A stretch of 64,000 nt of DNA from Marispirochaeta sp. (GTDB taxonomy: Bacteria > Spirochaetota > Spirochaetia > JC444 > Marispirochaetaceae). The notes beneath the pieces were generated by a model. That model did no database searches. It was not told the origin of the DNA and saw nothing but the letters and a program-made list of their open reading frames with translations. A program made the position numbers and the translations under genes. The DNA lies in assembly GCA_963676835.2 (NCBI GenBank), contig CAXXFF010000002.1, forward strand, positions 288,001 through 352,000, given 5' to 3'. This document shows positions 9,490 through 19,710 of the stretch, one piece after another (the first letter of the stretch is position 1; every line of letters starts with the position of its first letter).

Positions 9490-10263
9490 ATGAGACAGTG
9501 GTCAAAAACAGTAAGAATACCGACCTTCTTTTTGCTTTTCTGTATCTTTCTTTTTCCATTCTCAAATGCCGTATCTTCTCTCTCAGCACAAACGGCGGAG
9601 GAAATAATAGAGAGAATGGAAGACAATCAGATTTCCGATTCTTCCTTTTCCCGGGGCAGAATGATAACAACCGACAAATACGGAACAATTACCCGGACTT
9701 TCGTCTCCTGGTCCAAAGGCAGTGAAGATGCCCTTATCGAGTTTACCAGCAAAGGAGAAGAGGGGCAGAAAATCCTGCGAACAGAAGATGAGATTTATCT
9801 CTATTTTCCCGATGCCGAGGATATTCTGCGTATCCAGGGCAGTGCCATGCGGGACTCTGTAATGGACTCCGATTTTTCCTATGAAGACATGACCGGAGAT
9901 AAGGGACTGCTTGCAGATTATACTGCTGAGCTGCTCCGGAAAGAGGAAGTCAACGGTCTGAACTGTTTTGTTGTCCATCTGACAGCAAAATCCCGGTCTG
10001 TTCCCTACTATGCTCAGAATATATGGGTCGATTCCCGGCGTTTTGTCGGAGTAAAGGCGGAAAAGTTTTCCCGCAGCGCTACTCTGCTGAAAGAGATGGA
10101 AGTGCTGGAGTGGAAAGATGAGGCAGGAATGCTTGTTCCTGTCCATATGGTTATGCGGGATGCCATGAAAAAGAACTCCTCCACGGAATTTATCCTGGAC
10201 GATCTGCAGCTGAATATCCCTCTGGATTCAAATATTTTCAGTCTGGATGAGCTTTCATGGTAA
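9490..10263 (+). CDS. Outer membrane lipoprotein-sorting (LolA-like) protein
   Basis: Signal peptide; GQKILR...IYLYFP and SVMDSDFSYEDM pattern of the LolA-like family. Confidence 0.8.
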   Translation: MRQWSKTVRIPTFFLLFCIFLFPFSNAVSSLSAQTAEEIIERMEDNQISDSSFSRGRMITTDKYGTITRTFVSWSKGSEDALIEFTSKGEEGQKILRTEDEIYLYFPDAEDILRIQGSAMRDSVMDSDFSYEDMTGDKGLLADYTAELLRKEEVNGLNCFVVHLTAKSRSVPYYAQNIWVDSRRFVGVKAEKFSRSATLLKEMEVLEWKDEAGMLVPVHMVMRDAMKKNSSTEFILDDLQLNIPLDSNIFSLDELSW

Positions 10264-11387
10264 CCCGCCGGGAGAATACCTCTGTCTTTTATTCAGCACT
10301 GTTCATACTGCTGATGCTTCCGGCGCTGAGCTTTGCAGACAGCACAACCACCATAGAGCTCACAAACCTCGCAGGAGCCGCCCGGGGAGAAGAGAATATT
10401 CCCGCAGTAACTGCAGCCTCGACCGCGGAGATAACATTCCGCTCCACGGGTAACAGTAATGTTAAAGCCCAGCTGAGTCTTGAAGCGGGAATTGCAGATT
10501 CCGCCCTGCTGGATATTTCCCGGGCCTTCATCAAGGCCCGCTTCCCCGCCTTCCGCCTTACCCTGGGAAAGACGCGACTCTCCTGGGGAGAAGGGTTTAT
10601 GTTCAATGCCGGAGATGTTCTCTTTGACAGCCTCTCTGCCGCGGTGGACCTGACAGGGGACGAAATCCGTACCGACGGATCATGGCTCGCCTCGGTTTAC
10701 CTGCCCCTGGGGCGCTTCAGCTTCCTGGAGACAGTACTGCTGCCGCCGGTGTTTGACCCCCTGGAATACCTGATAGACAGCCGGGTTGCAGCAGAAACAG
10801 GATCAGACATGCCGGAAATACCCGGCGGATACCGGACTTCCGCAGGTGCCCGGCTTGTTCTGCGCCCGGGAGGAATTAAAACAGAAACAGGCTATCTCTA
10901 TTCCGGCAGAACCGAAAGCCACCGGCCTTATGCAAGCCTTCAGGGGCATCTGCTGGCAGACTGGAACCTGTCTGCTTCAACAGATATGAGTATCTACGAA
11001 GCGGGAACCGATGGAGCAGATAACCTTGCTGTCAGCTTCGGTCTTTTCCACAGCGTTAAAACTTCACCGGCAGCAGCCCTTAACCTTCGCCTGGAGGGAG
11101 CGGTCAATCCCCTGGCGGATGAAAAAAACCTGTTGCTATATCCGGAAATAAGCTTCTCTCCGGATGACCGCCGGACCATTTTTCTCCGCAACATTTTTTC
11201 CATAGACGATACCTCATCTGTTCATATTGCAGGAATGACGTGGAATATCTATCAGGGATTCAAAATACTTGCTTATGGAGGAATCTGTTCAGGAGAAAAT
11301 GGTGATACTTTTTCGTGGGACAGCACTCTTAGCACATCTGCAGTACCGGGGTACTTTGTAAGTGCCGGATGTTCTTTCGTATTCTAA
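10257..11387 (+). CDS. Putative outer-membrane beta-barrel protein
   Basis: Signal peptide, GKTRLSWGEG motif, alternating beta pattern, C-terminal Phe. Confidence 0.6.
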   Translation: MVTRRENTSVFYSALFILLMLPALSFADSTTTIELTNLAGAARGEENIPAVTAASTAEITFRSTGNSNVKAQLSLEAGIADSALLDISRAFIKARFPAFRLTLGKTRLSWGEGFMFNAGDVLFDSLSAAVDLTGDEIRTDGSWLASVYLPLGRFSFLETVLLPPVFDPLEYLIDSRVAAETGSDMPEIPGGYRTSAGARLVLRPGGIKTETGYLYSGRTESHRPYASLQGHLLADWNLSASTDMSIYEAGTDGADNLAVSFGLFHSVKTSPAAALNLRLEGAVNPLADEKNLLLYPEISFSPDDRRTIFLRNIFSIDDTSSVHIAGMTWNIYQGFKILAYGGICSGENGDTFSWDSTLSTSAVPGYFVSAGCSFVF

Positions 11388-11412
11388 GCCGGAGCCCGAC
11401 CAGGCCCTGGCC

Positions 11413-12981
11413 TTACTGGGGCTTGGAGAAAAACTGCAGGAGCTGAATAAAGTAATAGATCTTTTTATACACCTCTGCAAGGATGGTGCGGATCTGGTTA
11501 TCCGAGGAGACTTCAATCTCTTTCCAGTTAAGAAGCAGCTCCCGGGGCTTGTTATCATAATCTTCAATAACAATCTTCAGTGTCTTGCCAACGGCAATCA
11601 GATTCTGGGCAGACACCTGCATCATGCGCATGGCATCATCATTTATCTTTTTGAGCTGTTCCCTTAGAGCTTTCATGGCATTCGGATCCCGGTCTGCCCG
11701 CTTGATCGCCGACCGCAGCGCATTACCCCGCTCCCCTTCATCCCCGAGGGAATCATCGAAAACAACCAGCTCCTCGGCAATGGTCATTACCGCGTGGAAC
11801 GCGTCTGAAAGCTGCTGGGACATAAGGTTTGTAGACCACTTTCCCCGGATAATCAGAAGATCAACAACTTCCCGAATGTCTTTTTTGAAGTAGTCCAGCA
11901 GAAATGCCTTGAGGTAATTGAGAGCAGCAACATGCATGTATCCAGCCATCATTTTCTTGGAAAACATCATGTTATTCTTTTCCGTATAATTTTTCATACG
12001 GGAAACCGCCACTGTTCCAAAAACATGTTTACAGAGCTTCTCAATCTTTCCGGTCCGCCGTTCCTTGAGAATCTTCTGCAGAGTCAGTTCCGTGCTGGTT
12101 TTTATCTTGGAGAGGTATTCTTCCACAATCTGATCATTGGGATAGGCTACCTTGTATTTAAAGTAGGGATTTTTATCAATATGCTGGATCATCAGCTCCA
12201 GAACTGTGCTTTTGCGTATTTCCCCAATATCCCTGAGAACCTTTTTCCACTTGCCGGGGTCTATTACCGGAGTCTCACGGTAAATCTGAAGAATGGAAAA
12301 CAGATCCTGCCAGGGCTGATTCTTCTCAAGCATCCCGGCAACTTCAAGAAAATCCTTGAGGTCATCGGAGATATACTCACCGTTTATCTGTTCAAATCTG
12401 GGGTTATAGACAAAATCATTTTCCGGAAGTCCGGAATCAAATTTCTTCAGAAGAAAATAGTAGTCATAATGAATAAACTGCAGAAAAATTGTCACCAGGT
12501 TATAGGTAAGATTTATCTGCTTTACCTTCTCAGCATTGAAGGCGGCATACAGGGAAACCATCAATTCCTTGAGCTTCTGAACCACCGCCTTGTGATCCAT
12601 TGAATCTGCAAGACTGCGAATCTCATCTTCGGTCATGGCATCTTTTATGGCCAGCTGTTCTTCGGTAAGACTCTCTTCAATAATGATCTGCTTCAGCACA
12701 TTGGATGAAGCAGCATGGTCCAGCATTATTCTGGCAGGGCCGACGGATGAATAGATTTCATGGAAAAATTTTGCCAGACCCGGAAGGGCCTCTCCGGTTT
12801 TGGGTTTATAGAATTTGAATTTCTGGCGGTTGAGCTGCTTGCCGATATCCTTCAAAAGCCGGCGTTTTTCTTTTTCAGGATCATCCCCGGAGAAAATAAA
12901 CGAAAGAATACGCTGAAAAAAATTCGGCGAGGAATCATCCTCAGATACTTTCTTTTCCGGAGTCAGATCTTCATCCTTCAT
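11413..12981 (-). CDS. Conserved spirochete protein (DUF5312-like)
   Basis: Long helical ORF, DPEKEKRRLLKDI, YDYYFLLKKFD; the TTG at 13017 is part of a TTGACA -35, so ATG 12981 is preferred. Confidence 0.7.
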   Translation of the reverse strand: MKDEDLTPEKKVSEDDSSPNFFQRILSFIFSGDDPEKEKRRLLKDIGKQLNRQKFKFYKPKTGEALPGLAKFFHEIYSSVGPARIMLDHAASSNVLKQIIIEESLTEEQLAIKDAMTEDEIRSLADSMDHKAVVQKLKELMVSLYAAFNAEKVKQINLTYNLVTIFLQFIHYDYYFLLKKFDSGLPENDFVYNPRFEQINGEYISDDLKDFLEVAGMLEKNQPWQDLFSILQIYRETPVIDPGKWKKVLRDIGEIRKSTVLELMIQHIDKNPYFKYKVAYPNDQIVEEYLSKIKTSTELTLQKILKERRTGKIEKLCKHVFGTVAVSRMKNYTEKNNMMFSKKMMAGYMHVAALNYLKAFLLDYFKKDIREVVDLLIIRGKWSTNLMSQQLSDAFHAVMTIAEELVVFDDSLGDEGERGNALRSAIKRADRDPNAMKALREQLKKINDDAMRMMQVSAQNLIAVGKTLKIVIEDYDNKPRELLLNWKEIEVSSDNQIRTILAEVYKKIYYFIQLLQFFSKPQ

Positions 12982-13047
12982 AGCCTGTATGGTATGGTAA
13001 AACCAGAGCGCTGTCAATCAAACAAGATTTCTGGATTCCACGTATAA

Positions 13048-14112
13048 ATGTCCAGACTGGATAGAGTTATCAACACAATTGGCAAAGAGATAGCACAGGG
13101 CATTCAAAATGCCGGCATCCATATTCCTCAAATACTGATTCTCAATGGCGGGATACCGGAAGCATCAGAAGAGTATCCGGTTGTGGTGTATATCGGCCTG
13201 ATTCCCCTGCCCGATCCTTCCTTGCCTCCCGGGGAAAAGGATACAGGAATTATCGCTCCCTTTGCCGCGGTCCACCACTACAGAATCATCAGCCGGTCTC
13301 TGCAGAGCCTGGTGAAACGACTATGCGCCGGAAGGGCTGAAAACAGCCCCCAAAAAAGGCAAAAGCAGGATTTTCGGGTTTTCAGCAATTCCCGCCTGCC
13401 GGAACGGTCCATGGCTGCCGCTGCGGGTATCGGTTGGGTCGGGAAAAACGGCCTTCTCATGAACCGCCGCTACGGCTCCTCTTTTATACTTGCAGGAATA
13501 CTGGTTTCCGGTGATACCGCCGCAGAAATAATCAGAGACACCCAGGGCAGCCCCGTTGTAAGCAGCCTCACCCCGCCGGAATCCATCTATGAGGAATGCA
13601 GAAGATGCAGCATCTGTATAGAGAGCTGCCCCACCGGAGCCATTCTGCCTGCGGGAGGAATCGATACCCGGCGCTGCCTCCAGGCCCTGGCCACCAGTCC
13701 GGAACCGCTTCCGGACTTTGCTGCAGAACAGTGGGGCCTGCGCATATACGGCTGCAGTATCTGTCAGCAGGTGTGTCCGGTCAACCGGGCACGAAGTTTC
13801 AAGGCACAGCCCCTTGCCAAAGACAGGGAGTTTTACGGCCTGATGAAACTGCTGGAGAAACTCACACCAACTCCCGACAGAAGCTGGGCCAGCATCCGGC
13901 TGAAAGAAATCTTTCCCGGAACAGCCCTCGAAGCGGGATGGGTACCGAAAGATGCGATTATCCGCAATATACTAACCGCTGCAGGCAACAGCGGCAACCG
14001 GAGCTACATACCTCTACTGGAAAAGATACGCAATCAGAGCCTGCCGCCGATGATTCAGGAAACACTGGAGCGCACAATAAAGTTCCTCCAAACCAGGTAC
14101 GGTGAAGAATAA
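13048..14112 (+). CDS. queG: Epoxyqueuosine reductase QueG-like 4Fe-4S protein
   Basis: AGIGWVGKNGLL, CxxCxxCxxxCP, YGCSICQQVCP. Confidence 0.7.
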   Translation: MSRLDRVINTIGKEIAQGIQNAGIHIPQILILNGGIPEASEEYPVVVYIGLIPLPDPSLPPGEKDTGIIAPFAAVHHYRIISRSLQSLVKRLCAGRAENSPQKRQKQDFRVFSNSRLPERSMAAAAGIGWVGKNGLLMNRRYGSSFILAGILVSGDTAAEIIRDTQGSPVVSSLTPPESIYEECRRCSICIESCPTGAILPAGGIDTRRCLQALATSPEPLPDFAAEQWGLRIYGCSICQQVCPVNRARSFKAQPLAKDREFYGLMKLLEKLTPTPDRSWASIRLKEIFPGTALEAGWVPKDAIIRNILTAAGNSGNRSYIPLLEKIRNQSLPPMIQETLERTIKFLQTRYGEE

Positions 14113-14180
14113 GAATAAATATGCACGTTTTACCGTATATTTATTGACAAAACAGGCTTTCCTGACTATATTACCCCGCG

Positions 14181-15470
14181 ATGAACCCAATAGCACAGGA
14201 ACTCAATGCGATCCTTCAGGGATCCGTATGTCCCGACCTTCTGTCGGATTTTGGCAAAAGATTCTACTTCCCCAAGGGGATAGCGCTCCAGTCCACCGAA
14301 GCATCCCAGCATGCCACCCGGTTCAATGCAACCATAGGCATGGCCTGCGCCGAAGGACACCCCATTGAGCTTGCAGGAATCAAGCATCATCTCCCTGAAC
14401 TCACCCCGACGGAAGCCGTCAGCTACGCTCCATCACCGGGGCTTCCTGCACTGCGCAAGAAATGGCAGAGCGAAATCTACCGCAAGAACCCGTCACTCAA
14501 ATCTGCCGAGCTCAGTCTTCCGGTGGTTGTACCGGGACTCACCGCCGGCATTACCCAGATTTCCGATCTCTTTGTAGACAAAGAGGACACCATTGTTATC
14601 CCCGACATGTTCTGGGGCAACTATCGGCTTATATTTGAAGTCCGCAGCGGCGGCAAAATTGTTACTTTCCCCTTCTACTCTAAAGATGGAAATCTCAATG
14701 TGGAAGGTTTTGTTGAAACCATGAGAGGATCCGCCCGAAACGGGAAAATCATGCTTGTGGTCAACTTCCCCAACAACCCCACAGGCTACTCTCCCACCCA
14801 GTCAGAAGCTGAAGCCCTGGCAGCAGCCATCAAGGGACTGGCTGAGGAAGGCTATAAAATCCTCACCGTCACCGATGATGCCTATTTCGGCCTTTTCTTC
14901 GAGGAAAACACCTTCAGGGAATCACTCTTCGCACTTCTGGCAGACAGACATCCCAATATTCTGGCAGTCAAGGTAGACGGCCCAACCAAAGAGGATTATC
15001 TCTGGGGATTCCGGGTAGGATTTGTAACCTTCGGCTCAAAGTCGATGAACACCGCCCAGTACGAGGCTTTGAACAAGAAGCTCGGCGGCGCCATCCGCGG
15101 CTCAATATCCAACTCATCAAGACCGGCCCAGAGTATTCTGCTCCACAGCCTCGGTCAGCCTGAGCATGAGCAGGAAAAAGCGGAGTGGGTAAAGGTTCTG
15201 AAAGAGCGTTACCTGAAGGTAAAGGAAATCCTTGCTACCAAAACCACCGGAAAGGAACTCTCTCCCCTGCCTTTTAATTCAGGCTATTTTATGGCTTTTG
15301 AATGCGGGAAGGTAGATGCGGAAGAACTCCGGCTGGAGCTGCTGCATAAAGAGGGCATCGGGACTATTTCCATCGGCTCTCTCCTGCGGGTTGCCTTTTC
15401 GGCTATTGATATTGAAGATCTGCAGGCCCTGTATGACAAAATTTTCGAGGTAGCCGACAGGCTCTCCTGA
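14181..15470 (+). CDS. Class I/II PLP-dependent aminotransferase
   Basis: NFPNNPTG, DDAY, GPTKED..WGFRVG. Confidence 0.9.
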   Translation: MNPIAQELNAILQGSVCPDLLSDFGKRFYFPKGIALQSTEASQHATRFNATIGMACAEGHPIELAGIKHHLPELTPTEAVSYAPSPGLPALRKKWQSEIYRKNPSLKSAELSLPVVVPGLTAGITQISDLFVDKEDTIVIPDMFWGNYRLIFEVRSGGKIVTFPFYSKDGNLNVEGFVETMRGSARNGKIMLVVNFPNNPTGYSPTQSEAEALAAAIKGLAEEGYKILTVTDDAYFGLFFEENTFRESLFALLADRHPNILAVKVDGPTKEDYLWGFRVGFVTFGSKSMNTAQYEALNKKLGGAIRGSISNSSRPAQSILLHSLGQPEHEQEKAEWVKVLKERYLKVKEILATKTTGKELSPLPFNSGYFMAFECGKVDAEELRLELLHKEGIGTISIGSLLRVAFSAIDIEDLQALYDKIFEVADRLS

Positions 15471-15490
15471 TTACCGTTTCTGTTTATCAG

Positions 15491-16423
15491 TTAATCATCG
15501 GCAGGGAACCTGCTTCCCTGCCGTTCTCCTTTTAGCTCCATCAAACGAACAACTTCATCAGCAAACTGTCCCTTTGGAGGAACCCATAATGGCGCTCCCC
15601 GTCTGTCCGCGGGAGTATCACAGGTCATCCTCAACACTGCGGTGCCGGGATGAAGAAGCGGTATTGCCCGGGCAACATAGCCGGCATGCCGGGCAGGGGA
15701 AGGTACGGTAATCCTTCCTTTAAGATAATCATCAAACATCGGTGATGCCTGGGGAATATGCAGATTATGAAACTTGATCCCCTCCGGTTTTAACAACGCC
15801 ACCTGCCTGACACTTTCCATCATATCTGCTTCAGACTCACCGGGAAGACCGAAAATCAGATGGACCGCAATCTTGATTCCCTGATCCCGAAGCAAATCAA
15901 ACGCCCGAAAGAATACAGCACTGTCATGCCCCCGGTTTACCGCAGTGAGTGTTTTATCATGAACCGTCTGCAGCCCGAGCTCTACCCAGACATCAAAATC
16001 AGGACGGCGGTACGAAGCCAGCAGTTCCGCTTTTTCACGGTCTATCTCGTCGGGACGGGTAGAGACAATCAGCTCGCTGAAATTTCCAAGAGCAAGAGTC
16101 CTGTCGTACAGCTTCCTGAGTTCCGCAGGACTCCCCATGGTATTGGTGTAGGCCTGCAGGTAAAGAAGGAATACCTCCGCCTTATATCTGCGCTTTAAAA
16201 AGCTCAAGCCCCGCTCCACTTGCAGCGAAAGATGGTCGGGAAGCTCCTTGTCCAGGTAGACAGCTCTGGCGCCGGTACTTTCACAGTAGGTGCAGCCGTC
16301 GCCTCCACGGCCGTCCTGACGGTTCGGACAGGAAAAACCGGCATCAACCCCAATTCGGTAGGCCGGGCGGCCGTAGCGTCTCTTGAGGTAATCGGAATAA
16401 CTGAAGAAGGGAAGATCTGACAC
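15491..16423 (-). CDS. TIGR01212 (YhcC) radical SAM protein
   Basis: DAGFSCPNR...GCTYC, STRPD, VELGLQT, HLIFGLPGE. Confidence 0.9.
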   Translation of the reverse strand: MSDLPFFSYSDYLKRRYGRPAYRIGVDAGFSCPNRQDGRGGDGCTYCESTGARAVYLDKELPDHLSLQVERGLSFLKRRYKAEVFLLYLQAYTNTMGSPAELRKLYDRTLALGNFSELIVSTRPDEIDREKAELLASYRRPDFDVWVELGLQTVHDKTLTAVNRGHDSAVFFRAFDLLRDQGIKIAVHLIFGLPGESEADMMESVRQVALLKPEGIKFHNLHIPQASPMFDDYLKGRITVPSPARHAGYVARAIPLLHPGTAVLRMTCDTPADRRGAPLWVPPKGQFADEVVRLMELKGERQGSRFPADD

Positions 16424-16490
16424 GGATGGCTAACCATACTCCAGCTGCAACGGCGTTGACAAGGGCAGATCAACTCCGTACTGTGCAAGA

Positions 16491-17732
16491 ATGAAAAACT
16501 TCCGCTGCAAAGCCTTTCTCCTTATACTGTCGGCAATTGCCCTTGTTACCGGATGCGAACGGTTTTCATCCGAACCGGCAGTTCTCTGGACCAGCAACGA
16601 GGAGTTCACTGCCTATGCAGAAATTTTCAATACACTGCAGTCGGAATACAAGATTTCCGTGGTCTACGAAGAGAATCCCGCCCTGGCAATTCGCCGGGCC
16701 GACTCTGCGCCAGACATTGTTATAGGCTCTTTCCTTAACGACCGTAAAACCTTTCCCCTGTTTCAATCTCTCGAAAAACTGACAGAGCAGGAAAAACTGA
16801 ACAGGGACATTTTTTATCCGGGAATACTTAAACTGGGAACATTTGAAGAAAAGCTGACGGTTATTCCCGTCTCCTTCTCTATTCCCGCCTTCATGTTTCC
16901 CGACGGGTACCCCGGCATAGAGAGCTTTGCCCTCTCCCTGGACGATATCCGGGAAATGGCCTCCCGGTTTTCCGAAGAGGAATCCTCCCGTACCGTAATG
17001 GCTTACTCACCCCGCTGGAATATGGATGCAGCCTTTACCCATTTACGGCTTTTTAATACCAGTTTCCAGGAGACAACATCCGGAGCTCTTGTCTGGAACA
17101 GCGAATCTCTTAACGAGGGACTGGACTATATGCGCTCATGGATAACGGAGATCAACGGCGGCTGGGATGCGGATACGGAATTCATCGAAAAATTCATGTA
17201 CGACCCGCCCTATAAACTGGTCCGTTCCGGACGGATTTTGTTTGCCTACAGTCAGATTGACGACTATTTCCGCATTCCCTCATCAATACGGGAAGGCCTG
17301 GATTTCCGCTGGTTGAGCCATGAAGAAAAAATTCCTGTTCAGGAAGATATCCTGTTTGCCGGCATTCCTAAATCCGCCAGGCGAATAAACGCTGCCCGGG
17401 CCTTTATCAGTTGGCTGTTCAAACCGGAAACACAGGCGGAACTCCTGGCCGAAAGTCAGTACAAGAGAATGCGTCATTTCGGGTTTGCCGGGGGCTTTTC
17501 ATCTCTCCCCCTGGTCAATGAAGTTGAACTGCCCAAACACTTCCCCGAACTCGTGGGCCATGTACCCCCCGGAGAATACCTCAGCTATCCCCAGGCACTG
17601 CCGGATATCTGGGCAGCCCTGAAGCAGGAGGGAATCTTTCCCTGGATCAGGTCAAAACTGCAGGCGGAACCGGATTCCCGGCCACTGGAAGAGAGCATAG
17701 AACGCTGGATGAACCAGCAGCCCCAGCGTTGA
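16491..17732 (+). CDS. ABC transporter extracellular solute-binding lipoprotein
   Basis: Lipobox LVTGC; PDIVIG and IPVSFSIPA sugar-binding family pattern. Confidence 0.7.
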   Translation: MKNFRCKAFLLILSAIALVTGCERFSSEPAVLWTSNEEFTAYAEIFNTLQSEYKISVVYEENPALAIRRADSAPDIVIGSFLNDRKTFPLFQSLEKLTEQEKLNRDIFYPGILKLGTFEEKLTVIPVSFSIPAFMFPDGYPGIESFALSLDDIREMASRFSEEESSRTVMAYSPRWNMDAAFTHLRLFNTSFQETTSGALVWNSESLNEGLDYMRSWITEINGGWDADTEFIEKFMYDPPYKLVRSGRILFAYSQIDDYFRIPSSIREGLDFRWLSHEEKIPVQEDILFAGIPKSARRINAARAFISWLFKPETQAELLAESQYKRMRHFGFAGGFSSLPLVNEVELPKHFPELVGHVPPGEYLSYPQALPDIWAALKQEGIFPWIRSKLQAEPDSRPLEESIERWMNQQPQR

Positions 17733-17734
17733 CC

Positions 17735-18298
17735 CTATCCTTTTTGACCAAGGGCTTTCAGGGTTTTAAAAGTCTCCCCCTCTTCCCGCCAGGTATAACA
17801 GCTGTCTTTTATGAACCCTGCCGTTCGCCTGGCCCGTTCAGCCTTTTCATCTGCTCCGGTAATTTCATCATCCTGGATAGCCCAGAACCCCTGAACCAGG
17901 GCTGACGCCATGGTACTCAGAAGATGAACAAGGTGGGTACAGCCGGTTTTTCCCCCGCCGATATTGCGCACTTCCCGGGTAAATCCTCCCTTCACAGAGA
18001 GCCCCACAACCCCGTCAAGTACATGCCCCACAGACCAGCAGTCTTCCCGGGGTACAGTGTTCAGAAACACCTCAATATCCTTTATCACCAGACCGGCTTT
18101 TGATACCAGCAGGTGAATCTCAAGATCATGCAGGGGACCGGCTTTTTTGATCTCTCCGGTAAAACTGCGGGACTCTCTGCAGCGGAGATCCAGAAACCTT
18201 CCGGTCACGGCAAAACGCTCTTTATCAACATTATAGATATTCATATCGATGGTGCGGCGGTGATATTTTTCTCCGGCCATGTCCATAATTCTTCCCAT
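17735..18298 (-). CDS. DUF2889 domain protein
   Basis: HRRTI, LHDLEI, GCTHLVHLL, DSCYTW. Confidence 0.75.
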   Translation of the reverse strand: MGRIMDMAGEKYHRRTIDMNIYNVDKERFAVTGRFLDLRCRESRSFTGEIKKAGPLHDLEIHLLVSKAGLVIKDIEVFLNTVPREDCWSVGHVLDGVVGLSVKGGFTREVRNIGGGKTGCTHLVHLLSTMASALVQGFWAIQDDEITGADEKAERARRTAGFIKDSCYTWREEGETFKTLKALGQKG

Positions 18299-18499
18299 GC
18301 CCGGTATAGTACACCAGAGAGGCCTGGGGGAACCATTCCTGCAGGTTTAAAAACCGCAAAAGGAGAAAGTCCCGCCGCCTCCCCCTCCCCGAACAGATTT
18401 CAGACTCAGATAACAAAGCAGGATCAACTGGTTTTGCATTGACAGAAGAATTATTCAGGTCTACCCTAGAGGCATAAGATAATTTCATTGGAGGCTTCT

Positions 18500-19597
18500 A
18501 TGGCTACCGTAGAGCTCAAAAACATCGTAAAAGTATACGATGGCAATGTTCGCGCCGTTGATAACGCGAACATTACAGTAAACGACCAGGAATTCCTGGT
18601 TCTTGTCGGCCCCTCAGGATGTGGAAAAACCACTACACTTCGAATGATCGCAGGACTGGAGGACATTACCTCAGGAGAACTCTCCATTGACGGTAAAGTC
18701 GTTAATGATGTCCCGCCCAAGGATAGGGATATCGCCATGGTTTTTCAGAACTATGCCCTCTATCCCCATATGTCGGTCTACGACAATATGGCGTTCGGCC
18801 TGAAGATCAGAAAATTTCCCAAAGAAGAAATTGAAGCCCGGGTAAAAGAAGCAGCCCAGATTCTGGATATCGAAGAGCTGCTGGACCGCAAACCCAAGGC
18901 TCTTTCCGGAGGTCAGCGTCAGCGCGTTGCCGTAGGCCGGGCCATTGTCAGAAAACCCAAGGTATTCCTCTTCGATGAACCTCTTTCCAATCTGGATGCA
19001 AAACTCCGGGTACAGATGAGAGCGGAAATCTCCGGACTCCACAGCCGGCTGAAGGCCACCATGGTGTACGTAACCCACGATCAGGTGGAAGCCATGACCA
19101 TGGCGGATAAAATAGTTGTTATGAAAGGAGGCCTTATCCAGCAGATCGGCAGCCCCCTTACCCTCTATAACGAACCGGCCAACCGCTTTGTGGCCGGGTT
19201 TATCGGTTCTCCACCCATGAACTTCTGCAATGTTTCCATCCGCGAGGAAGGAGGAAAGCTCATTGCCGATGAAGGCAGTTTTACCCTTGAAATCAACGGC
19301 CGCTACGCGGAAAGCCTGAAGGCCTATACCGGTAAAGATGTGACCTTTGGAATACGCCCGGAAGACCTGCACCCCGCTGAGAGCAAAGGACCATCGGTAA
19401 TCAGTGCCAGTGCCGAGGTTATAGAGCCTCTGGGAGCAGAAACCCACCTCTATATAAAAACCTCCAGGCACTCCCTTATTGCCAAGGTTCCGCCTACAGT
19501 ACATCCCGCCGTCGGCGATGAGGTCCTTTTCAGCCCGGATATGAATAAAGCCCTTTTCTTCGATCTGGAAAACGAAAAGACCATCCCCTATTCCTGA
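18500..19597 (+). CDS. Sugar ABC transporter ATPase (MsmK/UgpC/MalK family)
   Basis: GPSGCGKTT, DRDIAMVFQNYALYPHM, LSGGQRQR, TOBE C-terminus; ATG 18500 after GGAGG. Confidence 0.95.
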   Translation: MATVELKNIVKVYDGNVRAVDNANITVNDQEFLVLVGPSGCGKTTTLRMIAGLEDITSGELSIDGKVVNDVPPKDRDIAMVFQNYALYPHMSVYDNMAFGLKIRKFPKEEIEARVKEAAQILDIEELLDRKPKALSGGQRQRVAVGRAIVRKPKVFLFDEPLSNLDAKLRVQMRAEISGLHSRLKATMVYVTHDQVEAMTMADKIVVMKGGLIQQIGSPLTLYNEPANRFVAGFIGSPPMNFCNVSIREEGGKLIADEGSFTLEINGRYAESLKAYTGKDVTFGIRPEDLHPAESKGPSVISASAEVIEPLGAETHLYIKTSRHSLIAKVPPTVHPAVGDEVLFSPDMNKALFFDLENEKTIPYS

Positions 19598-19618
19598 TAA
19601 GCAATAAAAAATTCCCTG

Positions 19619-19649
19619 AGCCGGCCATTCCCGTGGCCGGCTTTTTTTT
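19619..19649 (+). terminator. Rho-independent terminator
   Basis: GCCGGCCA-TTCCCG-TGGCCGGC followed by T8. Confidence 0.85.
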
Positions 19650-19710
19650 AAGCAGAACTGAAAAAACCTTATCGTTGATTTCACCTTTATCCTGCCCTAT
19701 AATGTTTTTT

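Noticed and set aside
18671..19684. 337-aa minus-strand ORF (and similar ORFs at 23102-24082, 28553-29401, 36578-37414, 58329-59255)
   Set aside because: They overlap well-supported conserved genes and carry no recognisable motifs
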